A stretch of 64,000 nt of DNA from Candidatus Niyogibacteria bacterium CG10_big_fil_rev_8_21_14_0_10_46_36 (lineage in GTDB: Bacteria > Patescibacteriota > Minisyncoccia > 1-14-0-10-42-19). Location of the stretch: NCBI GenBank assembly GCA_002772995.1, contig PFCO01000009.1:22876-86875 (forward strand), in the 5' to 3' direction. Of this stretch, positions 56,675 through 64,000 are shown in pieces. Within the stretch, counting starts at the first letter, position 1. Each line of letters starts with the position of its first letter. The notes beneath the pieces are model-generated. The model was not told where the DNA came from. It was given only the letters and a program-made list of their open reading frames with translations, and made no database searches. A program made the position numbers and the translations under genes.

Positions 56675-57274
56675 TTATGCATGAAATCTCTTTTCTGCCT
56701 CCTGCCAGTTCACCGTGTTCCACCAAGCAGCAATATAGTCCGGCCGCTTGTTCTGATATGTAAGATAATACGCGTGCTCCCAAACATCAAGCCCCAAAAG
56801 CGGAACCTGCCCATCCATAAGAGGACTGTCCTGGTTTGCGGTACTAATCACAGCCAATGCGCCATTGTATTTTACAAGCCATGCCCAACCCGACCCGAAC
56901 CGGCCTGTTGCCGCTTTTGCAAATCCCTCTTTAAACCCAGAAAATCCTCCAAATGTTTCTTGTATTGCGGCCGCAATACTGCCCTGCGGCTCACCTCCCC
57001 CCTCCGGGCTCATGCTCGCCCAAAACAAAGAATGATTCGCATGCCCCCCACCGTTATTAATAACGGCTTGGCGTATATCTTCGGGGATATACTCGACATC
57101 CCGCAATAAATCTTCAATGCTTTTTCCCTGCAATTCGGGATATCCCTCAAGCGCCGCATTCAGCTTATCAACATATCCCTGATGGTGTTTTGTATGGTGG
57201 ATCTCCATAGTACGCGCGTCAATATAAGGTTCGAGCGCATCGTATGCATATGAAAGTTTTGGAAGCGTGTGCAT
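56675..57274 (-). CDS. sodA: Fe/Mn superoxide dismutase
   Basis: [35 protein letters not shown]... plus the C-terminal DVWEHAYY motif. Confidence 0.92.
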   Translation of the reverse strand: MHTLPKLSYAYDALEPYIDARTMEIHHTKHHQGYVDKLNAALEGYPELQGKSIEDLLRDVEYIPEDIRQAVINNGGGHANHSLFWASMSPEGGGEPQGSIAAAIQETFGGFSGFKEGFAKAATGRFGSGWAWLVKYNGALAVISTANQDSPLMDGQVPLLGLDVWEHAYYLTYQNKRPDYIAAWWNTVNWQEAEKRFHA

Positions 57275-57321
57275 AGCAATATCCTTGTTATCTATAATAA
57301 CTAATCTTTAGTATATCACGA

Positions 57322-58284
57322 CTATCCCCGAAATATTAGAAATCCGATATACAACACATACAACACCAAAAAAAGCGCGCCGTTCTTTCTCGTGAGCGCG
57401 TGTTTTTTGCCCACGAACATAAATGAGAAAAAGATAAGCGTTGCCGCAACTAAGAATACGAGATCCGCGTTAATGAATGAGGGCACCGTAATAGGCGCGA
57501 ACAGCGAAGTAAATCCTAATATCCAAAAAATGTTGAAAATATTCGAGCCGACAATATTGCCTACGGCAAGATCCATTTCTTGCTTGCGAGCTGCAGCCAC
57601 CGAGGTAACCAGTTCCGGCAACGAGGTTCCGAGCGCAATAATAGTTGCGGAGATTAAAAATTGGCTCAATCCAAACTGCTGCGCGATAAACACCGCGCCA
57701 TCGACCGTCCAATTGCCTCCAACATACAAACCAACAACCCCTCCGGCCATAAACAAGAGCATTCCCCCGTAGCTACGCTGTTTGATATCAATATCTTTTT
57801 CACTGAAACGCGTGCGTCCGCTCCGCACCGTTTCAAAAATGTAGTATAAAAATATCGCAAAAAAGAGGAGGAGTATAAGCCCGTCTCCCCGGGTAAGTTG
57901 CGGGGGATATATGCCATCAATTAAAAAATCATTTGCAAGGACAAACAGCGCCAATACCGCCATAAAGGAAAGTGGGATTTCACGCCACACGGTAGAATAC
58001 TTTATCGTAATAGGAGCAATAACCGCGGCAATTCCTAGTATTAAAAGCGTGTTTGATATATTGCTCCCGATAATGTTACCAAATGCAACTTCTGTATTCC
58101 CTCCAAGTGCGGCAAAGATATTCACAATGAGCTCCGGCATAGAAGTGCCGAATGCCACGATAGTTAAGCCAATCACCAACGGCGGGATACCGCTCCTTTT
58201 CCCAAGCGCAGATGCGCCATCGACAAGCCAATCCGCCCCCTTTACAAGAAGAAATAATCCTATGCAAAAAAGAATATATACCAT
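57322..58284 (-). CDS. Ca2+/cation antiporter (CaCA family, YrbG-like)
   Basis: Two alpha-repeats: GNIIGSNISNTLLILG and GNIVGSNIFNIFWILG. Confidence 0.85.
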   Translation of the reverse strand: MVYILFCIGLFLLVKGADWLVDGASALGKRSGIPPLVIGLTIVAFGTSMPELIVNIFAALGGNTEVAFGNIIGSNISNTLLILGIAAVIAPITIKYSTVWREIPLSFMAVLALFVLANDFLIDGIYPPQLTRGDGLILLLFFAIFLYYIFETVRSGRTRFSEKDIDIKQRSYGGMLLFMAGGVVGLYVGGNWTVDGAVFIAQQFGLSQFLISATIIALGTSLPELVTSVAAARKQEMDLAVGNIVGSNIFNIFWILGFTSLFAPITVPSFINADLVFLVAATLIFFSFMFVGKKHALTRKNGALFLVLYVLYIGFLIFRG

Positions 58285-58316
58285 GTCTTCTATTATACCA
58301 AAGCACCCGTTATATA

Positions 58317-58345
58317 TTGAAAAATATCCCTTTTCCTCATATAGT
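58317..58345 (+). promoter_or_regulatory. Putative promoter of the tRNA-Arg/tRNA-Val pair
   Basis: TTGAAA-N17-TATAGT. Confidence 0.4.
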
Positions 58346-58360
58346 ATAATGAAGATTGAG

Positions 58361-58432
58361 CCCCTTGTAGCTCAATGGATAGAGCAGCGGTCTTCTAAGC
58401 CGTTGATGTGGGTTCGATTCCTACCGAGGGGA
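58361..58432 (+). tRNA. tRNA-Arg (anticodon TCT)
   Basis: CCCCTTG/CGAGGGG acceptor, D-arm GCTCAATGGATAGAGC, anticodon loop CTTCTAA, T-arm GTGGGTTCGATTCCTAC. Confidence 0.7.
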
Positions 58433-58481
58433 TATGGTTTTGGGCTCGCCCCGTTAGAAATGTTCCTAAAAGATTTTTAAC

Positions 58482-58555
58482 GGGGCGCTTAGCTCAGCTG
58501 GCTAGAGCGACTCGTTTACACCGAGTAGGCCGGGGGTTCGAGTCCCTCAGCGCCC
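58482..58555 (+). tRNA. tRNA-Val (anticodon TAC)
   Basis: GGGCGCT acceptor, D-arm GCTCAGCTGGCTAGAGC, anticodon arm ACTCG-TTTACAC-CGAGT, T-arm CGGGGGTTCGAGTCCCTC. Confidence 0.75.
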
Positions 58556-58559
58556 ACTT

Positions 58560-59087
58560 ATGAATAAAAATACTGGTGCATATGCCGGTGTTTTTATTAT
58601 GATAGAAGTAATGGCACAATCGTCATTTTCAAAAACGCTTTCGAGATATGACGGGGCATTCGTGCGCTTCTGCAAGCGTGAATATGTACACCTGCTCCGC
58701 ATCGCTCTTTTTCTTGTATATTTTTGGTTTGGTTTTTTGAAAGCAATAGATCTAAGCCCTGCGCATCCGCTTGTGCAGTCTCTCTTTGAGCGCACTATTC
58801 ATTTTATGCCATATGATATGTTCTACGTCCTGTTCGCTATATTTGAAATGGTTATCGGCATCCTCTTTTTGATGCCAAAGCTTGAGCGTGTAGCACTGAC
58901 TCTTTTGGCACTCCACCTGGTTACTACCGTCCTTCCATTATTCCTCCTGCCAGAAACAACCTGGCAAGGGCTATTTATCCCCACGCTTGAAGGACAATAT
59001 ATCATAAAAAATGTGCTCATTATCGCAGCAGCTATTGCCCTTGCCGCAACTCTTTCTCCAGCGCGCAAAACAAAAACGCAGAGCTAA
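58560..59087 (+). CDS. Hypothetical polytopic membrane protein (possibly DoxX-like)
   Basis: Four hydrophobic helices. The stop codon lies in the loop of the terminator hairpin. Confidence 0.45.
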   Translation: MNKNTGAYAGVFIMIEVMAQSSFSKTLSRYDGAFVRFCKREYVHLLRIALFLVYFWFGFLKAIDLSPAHPLVQSLFERTIHFMPYDMFYVLFAIFEMVIGILFLMPKLERVALTLLALHLVTTVLPLFLLPETTWQGLFIPTLEGQYIIKNVLIIAAAIALAATLSPARKTKTQS

Positions 59088-59100
59088 TCTCCGCGTTTTT
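59072..59100 (+). terminator. Terminator overlapping the stop codon of the preceding gene
   Basis: AAAACGCAGAG-CTAAT-CTCCGCGTTTTT. There is one mismatch in the stem. Confidence 0.55.
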
Positions 59101-59117
59101 CGTACATAGCACTCTTA

Positions 59118-59432
59118 TTATAGCGATGGGTCAGAGATCGCGGGCGCTTCCAAAATATCTTCCAACAACAACTCATTATGAGAAAGCGTGAACAAAATAT
59201 GATCAAGCGCTTTTTCGTTTACCTTGTCGAGATGAACATCTATACCATTCACTTGATCAGGCGTAATGGTGTGGGCGGTATCAAGATAGATAGAAATATT
59301 GGCAACGAGCACAAATATCAGGAAAAGAAACGCAAAGAGAACAAACGCACCCCAATATCCCCGCGGAGACCCGCTTAATATAGAAAATAGCTTGTGCGGA
59401 ATATATTTAATTTTTTCTGTGAGTTGTTCCAT
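59118..59432 (-). CDS. Small single-TM protein at the distal end of the pilMNO operon
   Basis: 104 aa. Its start codon is 2 nt after the pilO stop. Confidence 0.4.
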   Translation of the reverse strand: MEQLTEKIKYIPHKLFSILSGSPRGYWGAFVLFAFLFLIFVLVANISIYLDTAHTITPDQVNGIDVHLDKVNEKALDHILFTLSHNELLLEDILEAPAISDPSL

Positions 59433-59433
59433 G

Positions 59434-59961
59434 TTATGGCAATTGTGATAAAAAGCTCAATACTGTAAGCCGGATAGTTGCCGCCCATCCCGGCCCTTCT
59501 GCCGAACTTCTTTTGTTTATATTCACTAAATCAATTGATATCTGGAACGGCATCACCTCAAGCACCTTGATATAACGGTACAGCGCATCAAAGCTTCCTT
59601 CGAGATGCAGCTGTATTTCCGGACCACGGGCAGCTGATGCCGTCGGTAAGGATGCGCTTTCTACCTCCAGCTCAACACCGAGCTCGCGCGCGCGCGCTTC
59701 AAACGATTCTATAACACGGACCACAGAGCGTTCGTTGATAAATACGCTGTCTATTTCGTCTTTTCTTTGCTGCACTTCGTCAAAAAGTATCTCCAGGTCT
59801 TTCAGGTTTTGCTGACGCACCCCCATTCTTTCTATCTCCGTTTGAATATCAACCAGATGCTGCTGTTTTTCAGAAATTTTCGCTACAAAAAATCTACCAA
59901 GCCACGCAAGAAAGGCTAGAAGAACAATAACACCTATAATAATGGTGATTGATTTTCTCAT
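59434..59961 (-). CDS. pilO: Type IV pilus assembly protein PilO-like
   Basis: N-terminal TM helix followed by coiled coil and a periplasmic domain. Overlaps pilN by 4 nt. Confidence 0.65.
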   Translation of the reverse strand: MRKSITIIIGVIVLLAFLAWLGRFFVAKISEKQQHLVDIQTEIERMGVRQQNLKDLEILFDEVQQRKDEIDSVFINERSVVRVIESFEARARELGVELEVESASLPTASAARGPEIQLHLEGSFDALYRYIKVLEVMPFQISIDLVNINKRSSAEGPGWAATIRLTVLSFLSQLP

Positions 59962-60533
59962 TCTACATCAGGCGAACGAAGTAATGATTCTACGACATTA
60001 AACGTAAGGGTGAATTCTATATTTGATTCTTCCAAAAAATTAGAAATAGGTGAACGCACATTTTCTATCATCGCGTCTCCATCAAGCGCGTCGCTAAGCG
60101 CCAAAAGCGTGCTTCTGTCGCGAGCAACACCCTCTATTCTGAATTGCGGAACCGCACCCAATCCTTGGGGAAATGTGTACGAAAAGAACGAAAGAGACAC
60201 CCCCGAACCTACATGCGAAAGGACAGCCTCAATGATACGGGATGTCAGTAATATGTCACTACTATTTCGCTCATATGCATCAAGTTTTCCATTCAGGGAG
60301 GACAGGCTGTCTTCTATTTCTTCAACATGCATAAGAAGCGGCGACTGCCTCACGATATTTAATTGTTCTTCAAGCTCATCCTCCTGCAGTGCTAAGGTTA
60401 CCCACGGGATCCATAAAAGAAGAATAGCAATACACGCAATAAGCGCGATAATAATACCGGAAACAACAACAAACCGTACAAAACGCTCTTGCGCAAGATG
60501 ATGTTTTGCTTTTTCCGGAAGAAGATTAATCAT
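59958..60533 (-). CDS. pilN: Type IV pilus assembly protein PilN-like
   Basis: Hallmark N-terminus MINLLPEK, then TM helix and coiled coil. Confidence 0.75.
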   Translation of the reverse strand: MINLLPEKAKHHLAQERFVRFVVVSGIIIALIACIAILLLWIPWVTLALQEDELEEQLNIVRQSPLLMHVEEIEDSLSSLNGKLDAYERNSSDILLTSRIIEAVLSHVGSGVSLSFFSYTFPQGLGAVPQFRIEGVARDRSTLLALSDALDGDAMIENVRSPISNFLEESNIEFTLTFNVVESLLRSPDVE

Positions 60534-61626
60534 AATCAAAAGAACGGAGCGCTGCACCAACCGCAGAGCCATACATTAATGATTCGTGGAATGTAATCTC
60601 AGGGATGTATTCTTCAAAAGAAACGACATTTGTCCAGACATTGGCATGTTCCACGGGGATATGAATATTGTGAGAAAGATATTCGGAAAGACCGAGCAGG
60701 TTGGAATCTCCTCCGCATAAAAATATTTTTTTAATGGGGCCGTATTTTGCTCCTCCATGAAGCCCCGGCGCATGCGTCTCCCAAAAAGACACATATCGTT
60801 CTAGTTCGTCCCGCACCGCAGAAATAACAGGCAGAATTTCATGAAATATTTTTTTATCACTCATGCCGGCAATATTAAAATTTGCTTTTTTTATCCGCTC
60901 CGCTTCAGCAAGCGAAACGGCCATTTTTTCAGAAATTATCCGGTCAATATCTTTCCCCGCAACGGCAACGGTTGAGGTAAAACGAACCTGTCCTTCGTGC
61001 GCGATGATGAAAGTGGTGCGGGTTTTGCCAAAATCAATGATTAAAAACGGATCCTTCTCGCCCCGGGGAATAACAGCGCGCGCAAGCGCCTGCACCTCCG
61101 CATCGAAAGCCAGGGGGACAAGTCCTGCTTTCTCCACCGCATTGTAGTAACTCTCCACAAGCGCGTACGGGAACGAAATCATGGCAACTTCAAGCTGCTT
61201 CTTTCCTTTTTCGGATGCTTTCACATGAAGCACTTCAAAATCAAACACCGCCTCTTCCACCGGGAGAGGAACATATTCTGAGAATTGAGCCTCAAGCGCC
61301 GTTCGTATTTCTGTATTATGCATCGCCGGCAATTCTACTATATTCATATAGCCCTTCTCTTCTGGAAGAGTCAAATACACATATCGGACGCCAAATGGCT
61401 TGCACACTTCCCGCAAAAACGATGCGAGTTCTTCCGGTTTTTTTACTTCTCCCGACTCAATAATACCTTTCGGGATGGTTTTTTTACCGGATGCCGCAAT
61501 ACGAACACCATGCTTGAATGGCTCAAGCTTTATAAATTTAAGCGTCTCATCAGAAATATCCAAGCCGAATGCGGGCATAGTGAGATACGCTGGAGGCGGA
61601 AATTGTTTGTATAAAAATGAAAACAT
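60526..61626 (-). CDS. pilM: Type IV pilus assembly protein PilM (actin-like ATPase fold)
   Basis: ...FGLDISDETLKFIKLEP..., ...LIIDFGKTRTTFIIAH..., ...IFLCGGDSNLLGLSEYLS.... The start is uncertain: MFSFLYK at 61626 or MPAFGLD at 61578. The ORF opens at 61731. Confidence 0.75.
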   Translation of the reverse strand: MFSFLYKQFPPPAYLTMPAFGLDISDETLKFIKLEPFKHGVRIAASGKKTIPKGIIESGEVKKPEELASFLREVCKPFGVRYVYLTLPEEKGYMNIVELPAMHNTEIRTALEAQFSEYVPLPVEEAVFDFEVLHVKASEKGKKQLEVAMISFPYALVESYYNAVEKAGLVPLAFDAEVQALARAVIPRGEKDPFLIIDFGKTRTTFIIAHEGQVRFTSTVAVAGKDIDRIISEKMAVSLAEAERIKKANFNIAGMSDKKIFHEILPVISAVRDELERYVSFWETHAPGLHGGAKYGPIKKIFLCGGDSNLLGLSEYLSHNIHIPVEHANVWTNVVSFEEYIPEITFHESLMYGSAVGAALRSFDYD

Positions 61627-61660
61627 GTAATGATACGCGCCCCAATAAGAACAACGGATT

Positions 61661-63079
61661 TTAGTCAACTTCTTCCCACTGCTTGAATTCGTACTCGTTT
61701 GAAGTAGCAGGCAAAAACGCGGGGGGCTCAAAACTCATTTCGGGGTCATATGTGTTCTCTCGCTTATCAAATCCGGAGACCCAAACACCTGAGGATGTCC
61801 ACTTTGTTCCCACCCGGCCGTTGCTGACAACCGAACCGAATATCTCAAGTTTTTCGCGCTTGTGATAGGGACTGTATGTTGTTGGATAATGGTTTCTTCC
61901 AAAATGCCCCGTCTGCGCTATAAATACCCCCTGGAGTTCCATGCTATCAGGCACCTGCAATCCAATGAGATTGTTGTGCTGCGCGATAAGCACAAAGCCG
62001 TCGGTTTCCGGATCTGCGTATGTCACATCCCCATTAATCCAAATGTCTGTTTCTTTGTTAGGGTCGGTAAGATCTGCCGACACAAGGGTTATTTTTCCGT
62101 TCACCCTGCTTTCGATTGAAGAACTTCCTATCCACAATGTATCTTCTACAAAAACAGCGCCACAGTCGGAAGGAACTGGAAAATTTCCCAGAAATGTTTC
62201 CGCGCCAATCACAGAATATTCATCGTGCCATCCGGTTTCGGTATTATAGGCATCTATGGCATTTACCGCAGTAACCATCCAAACATCAATAGTCCTATCT
62301 TCTTTTAATATAACATGATACCCATACTCTCCCGAAGGCGCGAAATACAATCCTCCGCCTCCTTGCGTTATCGCTTTTATCTCTGCAAGATCAACAGTTA
62401 TCCCATTAAAATCAAATGTAGAAACGGGGAAGCGCCATAAGTCGCTGTTTTCCCCTGCCCCAAACACGCCGTCCTGGTTTTGTGATGGATTACATCCAAA
62501 AGAGCTGGTACAAAGCCATGTTTCTTTTGAAGAGGTAACTAACGAATTATTTTCTCCGTCCATGCGGATACCGCCATTTGAGTGGTATGGCCCTTTTATT
62601 TCACGATCAGCGCCTGCCCAGACATTATCATTCAAAAGAAAAGAAAAATCCGCCACAGTCGGTCGAACATACTTCACTGAAACGGTTCGCTTTACATCGG
62701 GGTGATCTACCGTCCATCCGGTAGAAACAAGCTGCGCTCCCGACACAACACCGCAACTCATATTTCCGGATACCTCCAAACTAAAGTATCCAAGAAGTCC
62801 GCCCTCCGGATCATGATATTCGTGCACATACGGACCTCCGCCCCCCGTTCCATCTTGCAGATCCTCAGGATCATGCGCTAAATGCCACCGGTAGTAATTC
62901 ACTCCCGCTTCAGCTATTTCGAGCGCTTCGGCATATGAAACCCGTTCAAGAGACTGGCGGTGCTGCAATCCAATAAATCCGAGCGAACCCCCCAAAAGCA
63001 TGACAAAAATAGAGCCGAACACAATCACCAAGACCACGACTATGCCTGCATTTTTTTGTAATGGCACGCTCTTTCTCAT
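61661..63079 (-). CDS. Large pilus-associated protein with a PilX-N-like N-terminal hydrophobic segment
   Basis: MRKSVPLQKNAGIVVVLVIVFGSIFVMLLGGSLG..., followed by a Gly/Asn/Thr/Ser-rich region of about 430 aa predicted to be beta-rich. Confidence 0.55.
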   Translation of the reverse strand: MRKSVPLQKNAGIVVVLVIVFGSIFVMLLGGSLGFIGLQHRQSLERVSYAEALEIAEAGVNYYRWHLAHDPEDLQDGTGGGGPYVHEYHDPEGGLLGYFSLEVSGNMSCGVVSGAQLVSTGWTVDHPDVKRTVSVKYVRPTVADFSFLLNDNVWAGADREIKGPYHSNGGIRMDGENNSLVTSSKETWLCTSSFGCNPSQNQDGVFGAGENSDLWRFPVSTFDFNGITVDLAEIKAITQGGGGLYFAPSGEYGYHVILKEDRTIDVWMVTAVNAIDAYNTETGWHDEYSVIGAETFLGNFPVPSDCGAVFVEDTLWIGSSSIESRVNGKITLVSADLTDPNKETDIWINGDVTYADPETDGFVLIAQHNNLIGLQVPDSMELQGVFIAQTGHFGRNHYPTTYSPYHKREKLEIFGSVVSNGRVGTKWTSSGVWVSGFDKRENTYDPEMSFEPPAFLPATSNEYEFKQWEEVD

Positions 63080-64000
63080 AAATTTGTTTTTAGATTGCGA
63101 AGCTGTACATCGCTTTCCAATTCAAAACTTTTTGGAGCGCTTGCCGGATCCACATTGATAATAAGGAATACCCTCATGAGCGTCGTTTCTTCGGGACGCG
63201 CAGGAGTTTCAGTAATTTCGTCTCCATTTTGGTCAAAGTATTGAAACAGGGGCGTTGTTGTCCCGTTTACTACATATTGGGAAACAATAGTTACTACTTC
63301 GTTTACCGTGTCATATGTTGTGGGCACACCGGTCGGATTCGTTATTCCTTTTTGAAAGATCGCCTCACTCCCGACTACATGTTCTGTTATTGTAAGATCA
63401 AAACGCACCTTCATTGCATGATTCGGCTCTATCCAATCACAAATGTCATTTACACCTGATGTTGAATTGGCAATAAAGTCGATATTTCCATCAGCAGCAT
63501 AATCGCTTACATCAAACGAAAGGGACCCGCCCCACGCCGCAGAACAATCAACGCAGCCGCCATTACATATTCTGTCCAAAAGAACGCCGTCCGCATACAC
63601 ATTTGCATATTCATTACCTGATCCAAAGTCGCCCTCAACACTTACCGTTACTCCTGCTGACTCCAAGATACCGCCCTGCAAAAAATTAGAAAATGAAACA
63701 TTGCAGGACCCGCCATCTACAAATGTCACGCATTCTTTTGTAATGGTGGTTGTAGTAGCGCTCCCGATAAAATAACGCACTCGCTCAACCAAATCATCCT
63801 TATCTACATCACTATAAAAAACAAACTCATTGTCGGTTGCTTCTCCTATGAGATATGCGCCATCCTCCCCGGTCTGGGCTTCGCGTATCTCACGCACCAT
63901 GGTTTCTACACCCCGGCGCGCTTCGTTCACTGCATCTGCCTGCTGGAACGCGAATCGCTGAGTCCGGTACAATACGACCACAAATGTTACAATGGCAATC
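63076..64000 (-). CDS. Minor pilin-like protein (PilW/GspJ-like), 5-prime partial; runs off the window end
   Basis: The frame continues beyond 63981 with no in-frame stop. Visible N-terminal region is ...IAIVTFVVVLYRTQRFAFQQADAVNEARRGVETMVREIREA..., typical of prepilin-type minor pilins. ATGA overlap with the downstream gene. Confidence 0.5.
   Translation of the reverse strand, partial: IAIVTFVVVLYRTQRFAFQQADAVNEARRGVETMVREIREAQTGEDGAYLIGEATDNEFVFYSDVDKDDLVERVRYFIGSATTTTITKECVTFVDGGSCNVSFSNFLQGGILESAGVTVSVEGDFGSGNEYANVYADGVLLDRICNGGCVDCSAAWGGSLSFDVSDYAADGNIDFIANSTSGVNDICDWIEPNHAMKVRFDLTITEHVVGSEAIFQKGITNPTGVPTTYDTVNEVVTIVSQYVVNGTTTPLFQYFDQNGDEITETPARPEETTLMRVFLIINVDPASAPKSFELESDVQLRNLKTNL

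Overview
This is a dense, almost entirely protein-coding 64 kb stretch of housekeeping chromosome with no rRNA, CRISPR array, transposase or integrase. Gene content resembles a small-genome bacterium, plausibly a CPR/Patescibacteria-like lineage. That is inference from content only: S5-L15 adjacency without L30, short UvrC and ValRS, ComEC split into two genes, and a secretin-less type IV pilus set. I support about 73 CDS, 9 tRNAs, a CIRCE operator, several near-consensus sigma70-type promoters and many clean hairpin terminators, several of them palindromes that serve convergent genes. Left to right the window contains: a partial GT2 glycosyltransferase; a detached spc-operon tail (ruvX, map, adk, secY, rplO, rpsE); metK between tRNA-Arg(CCT) and tRNA-Ala(GGC); htrA, a VIT transporter and a glutaredoxin; the dnaG-sigA operon; tRNA-Ser(GGA) flanked by a SWIB mini-protein and a DUF2726 protein; a lemA-htpX-phosphoesterase operon; an SPFH operon; groES-groEL with CIRCE; a DHH NrnA-like gene; uvrA divergent from a short uvrC; mgtC, LOG-like, HAD and beta-CASP MBL genes; a gluzincin peptidase; thiI, ndk, prs, an MBL ComEC-C-like gene, an SDR, guaB, the comEC membrane part, rnhA, an HD hydrolase, recJ and queD; tRNA-Leu(GAG), rplS, rluA-family, tRNA-Val(GAC), a GNAT gene and tRNA-Glu(TTC); an M16 peptidase; tsaD, valS, prsW and hsp20; tRNA-Phe and a type IV pilin; sodA and a CaCA antiporter; tRNA-Arg(TCT) and tRNA-Val(TAC); and a pilM-pilN-pilO locus preceded by PilX-like and PilW-like minor pilins. 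I cannot name a known multi-gene defence or mobile system here. The most interesting candidates are: an orphan 346-aa domain-less protein (14657-15697); the tRNA-Ser-adjacent SWIB and DUF2726 pair; a lysine-rich micro-ORF behind sigA that ends in a perfect 34-bp palindrome shared with the convergent gene; apparently frequent leaderless transcription units; the ComEC fission; and a GNAT gene whose small downstream partner runs into a tRNA. All functional calls come from reading the translated ORFs by eye. No searches were run.
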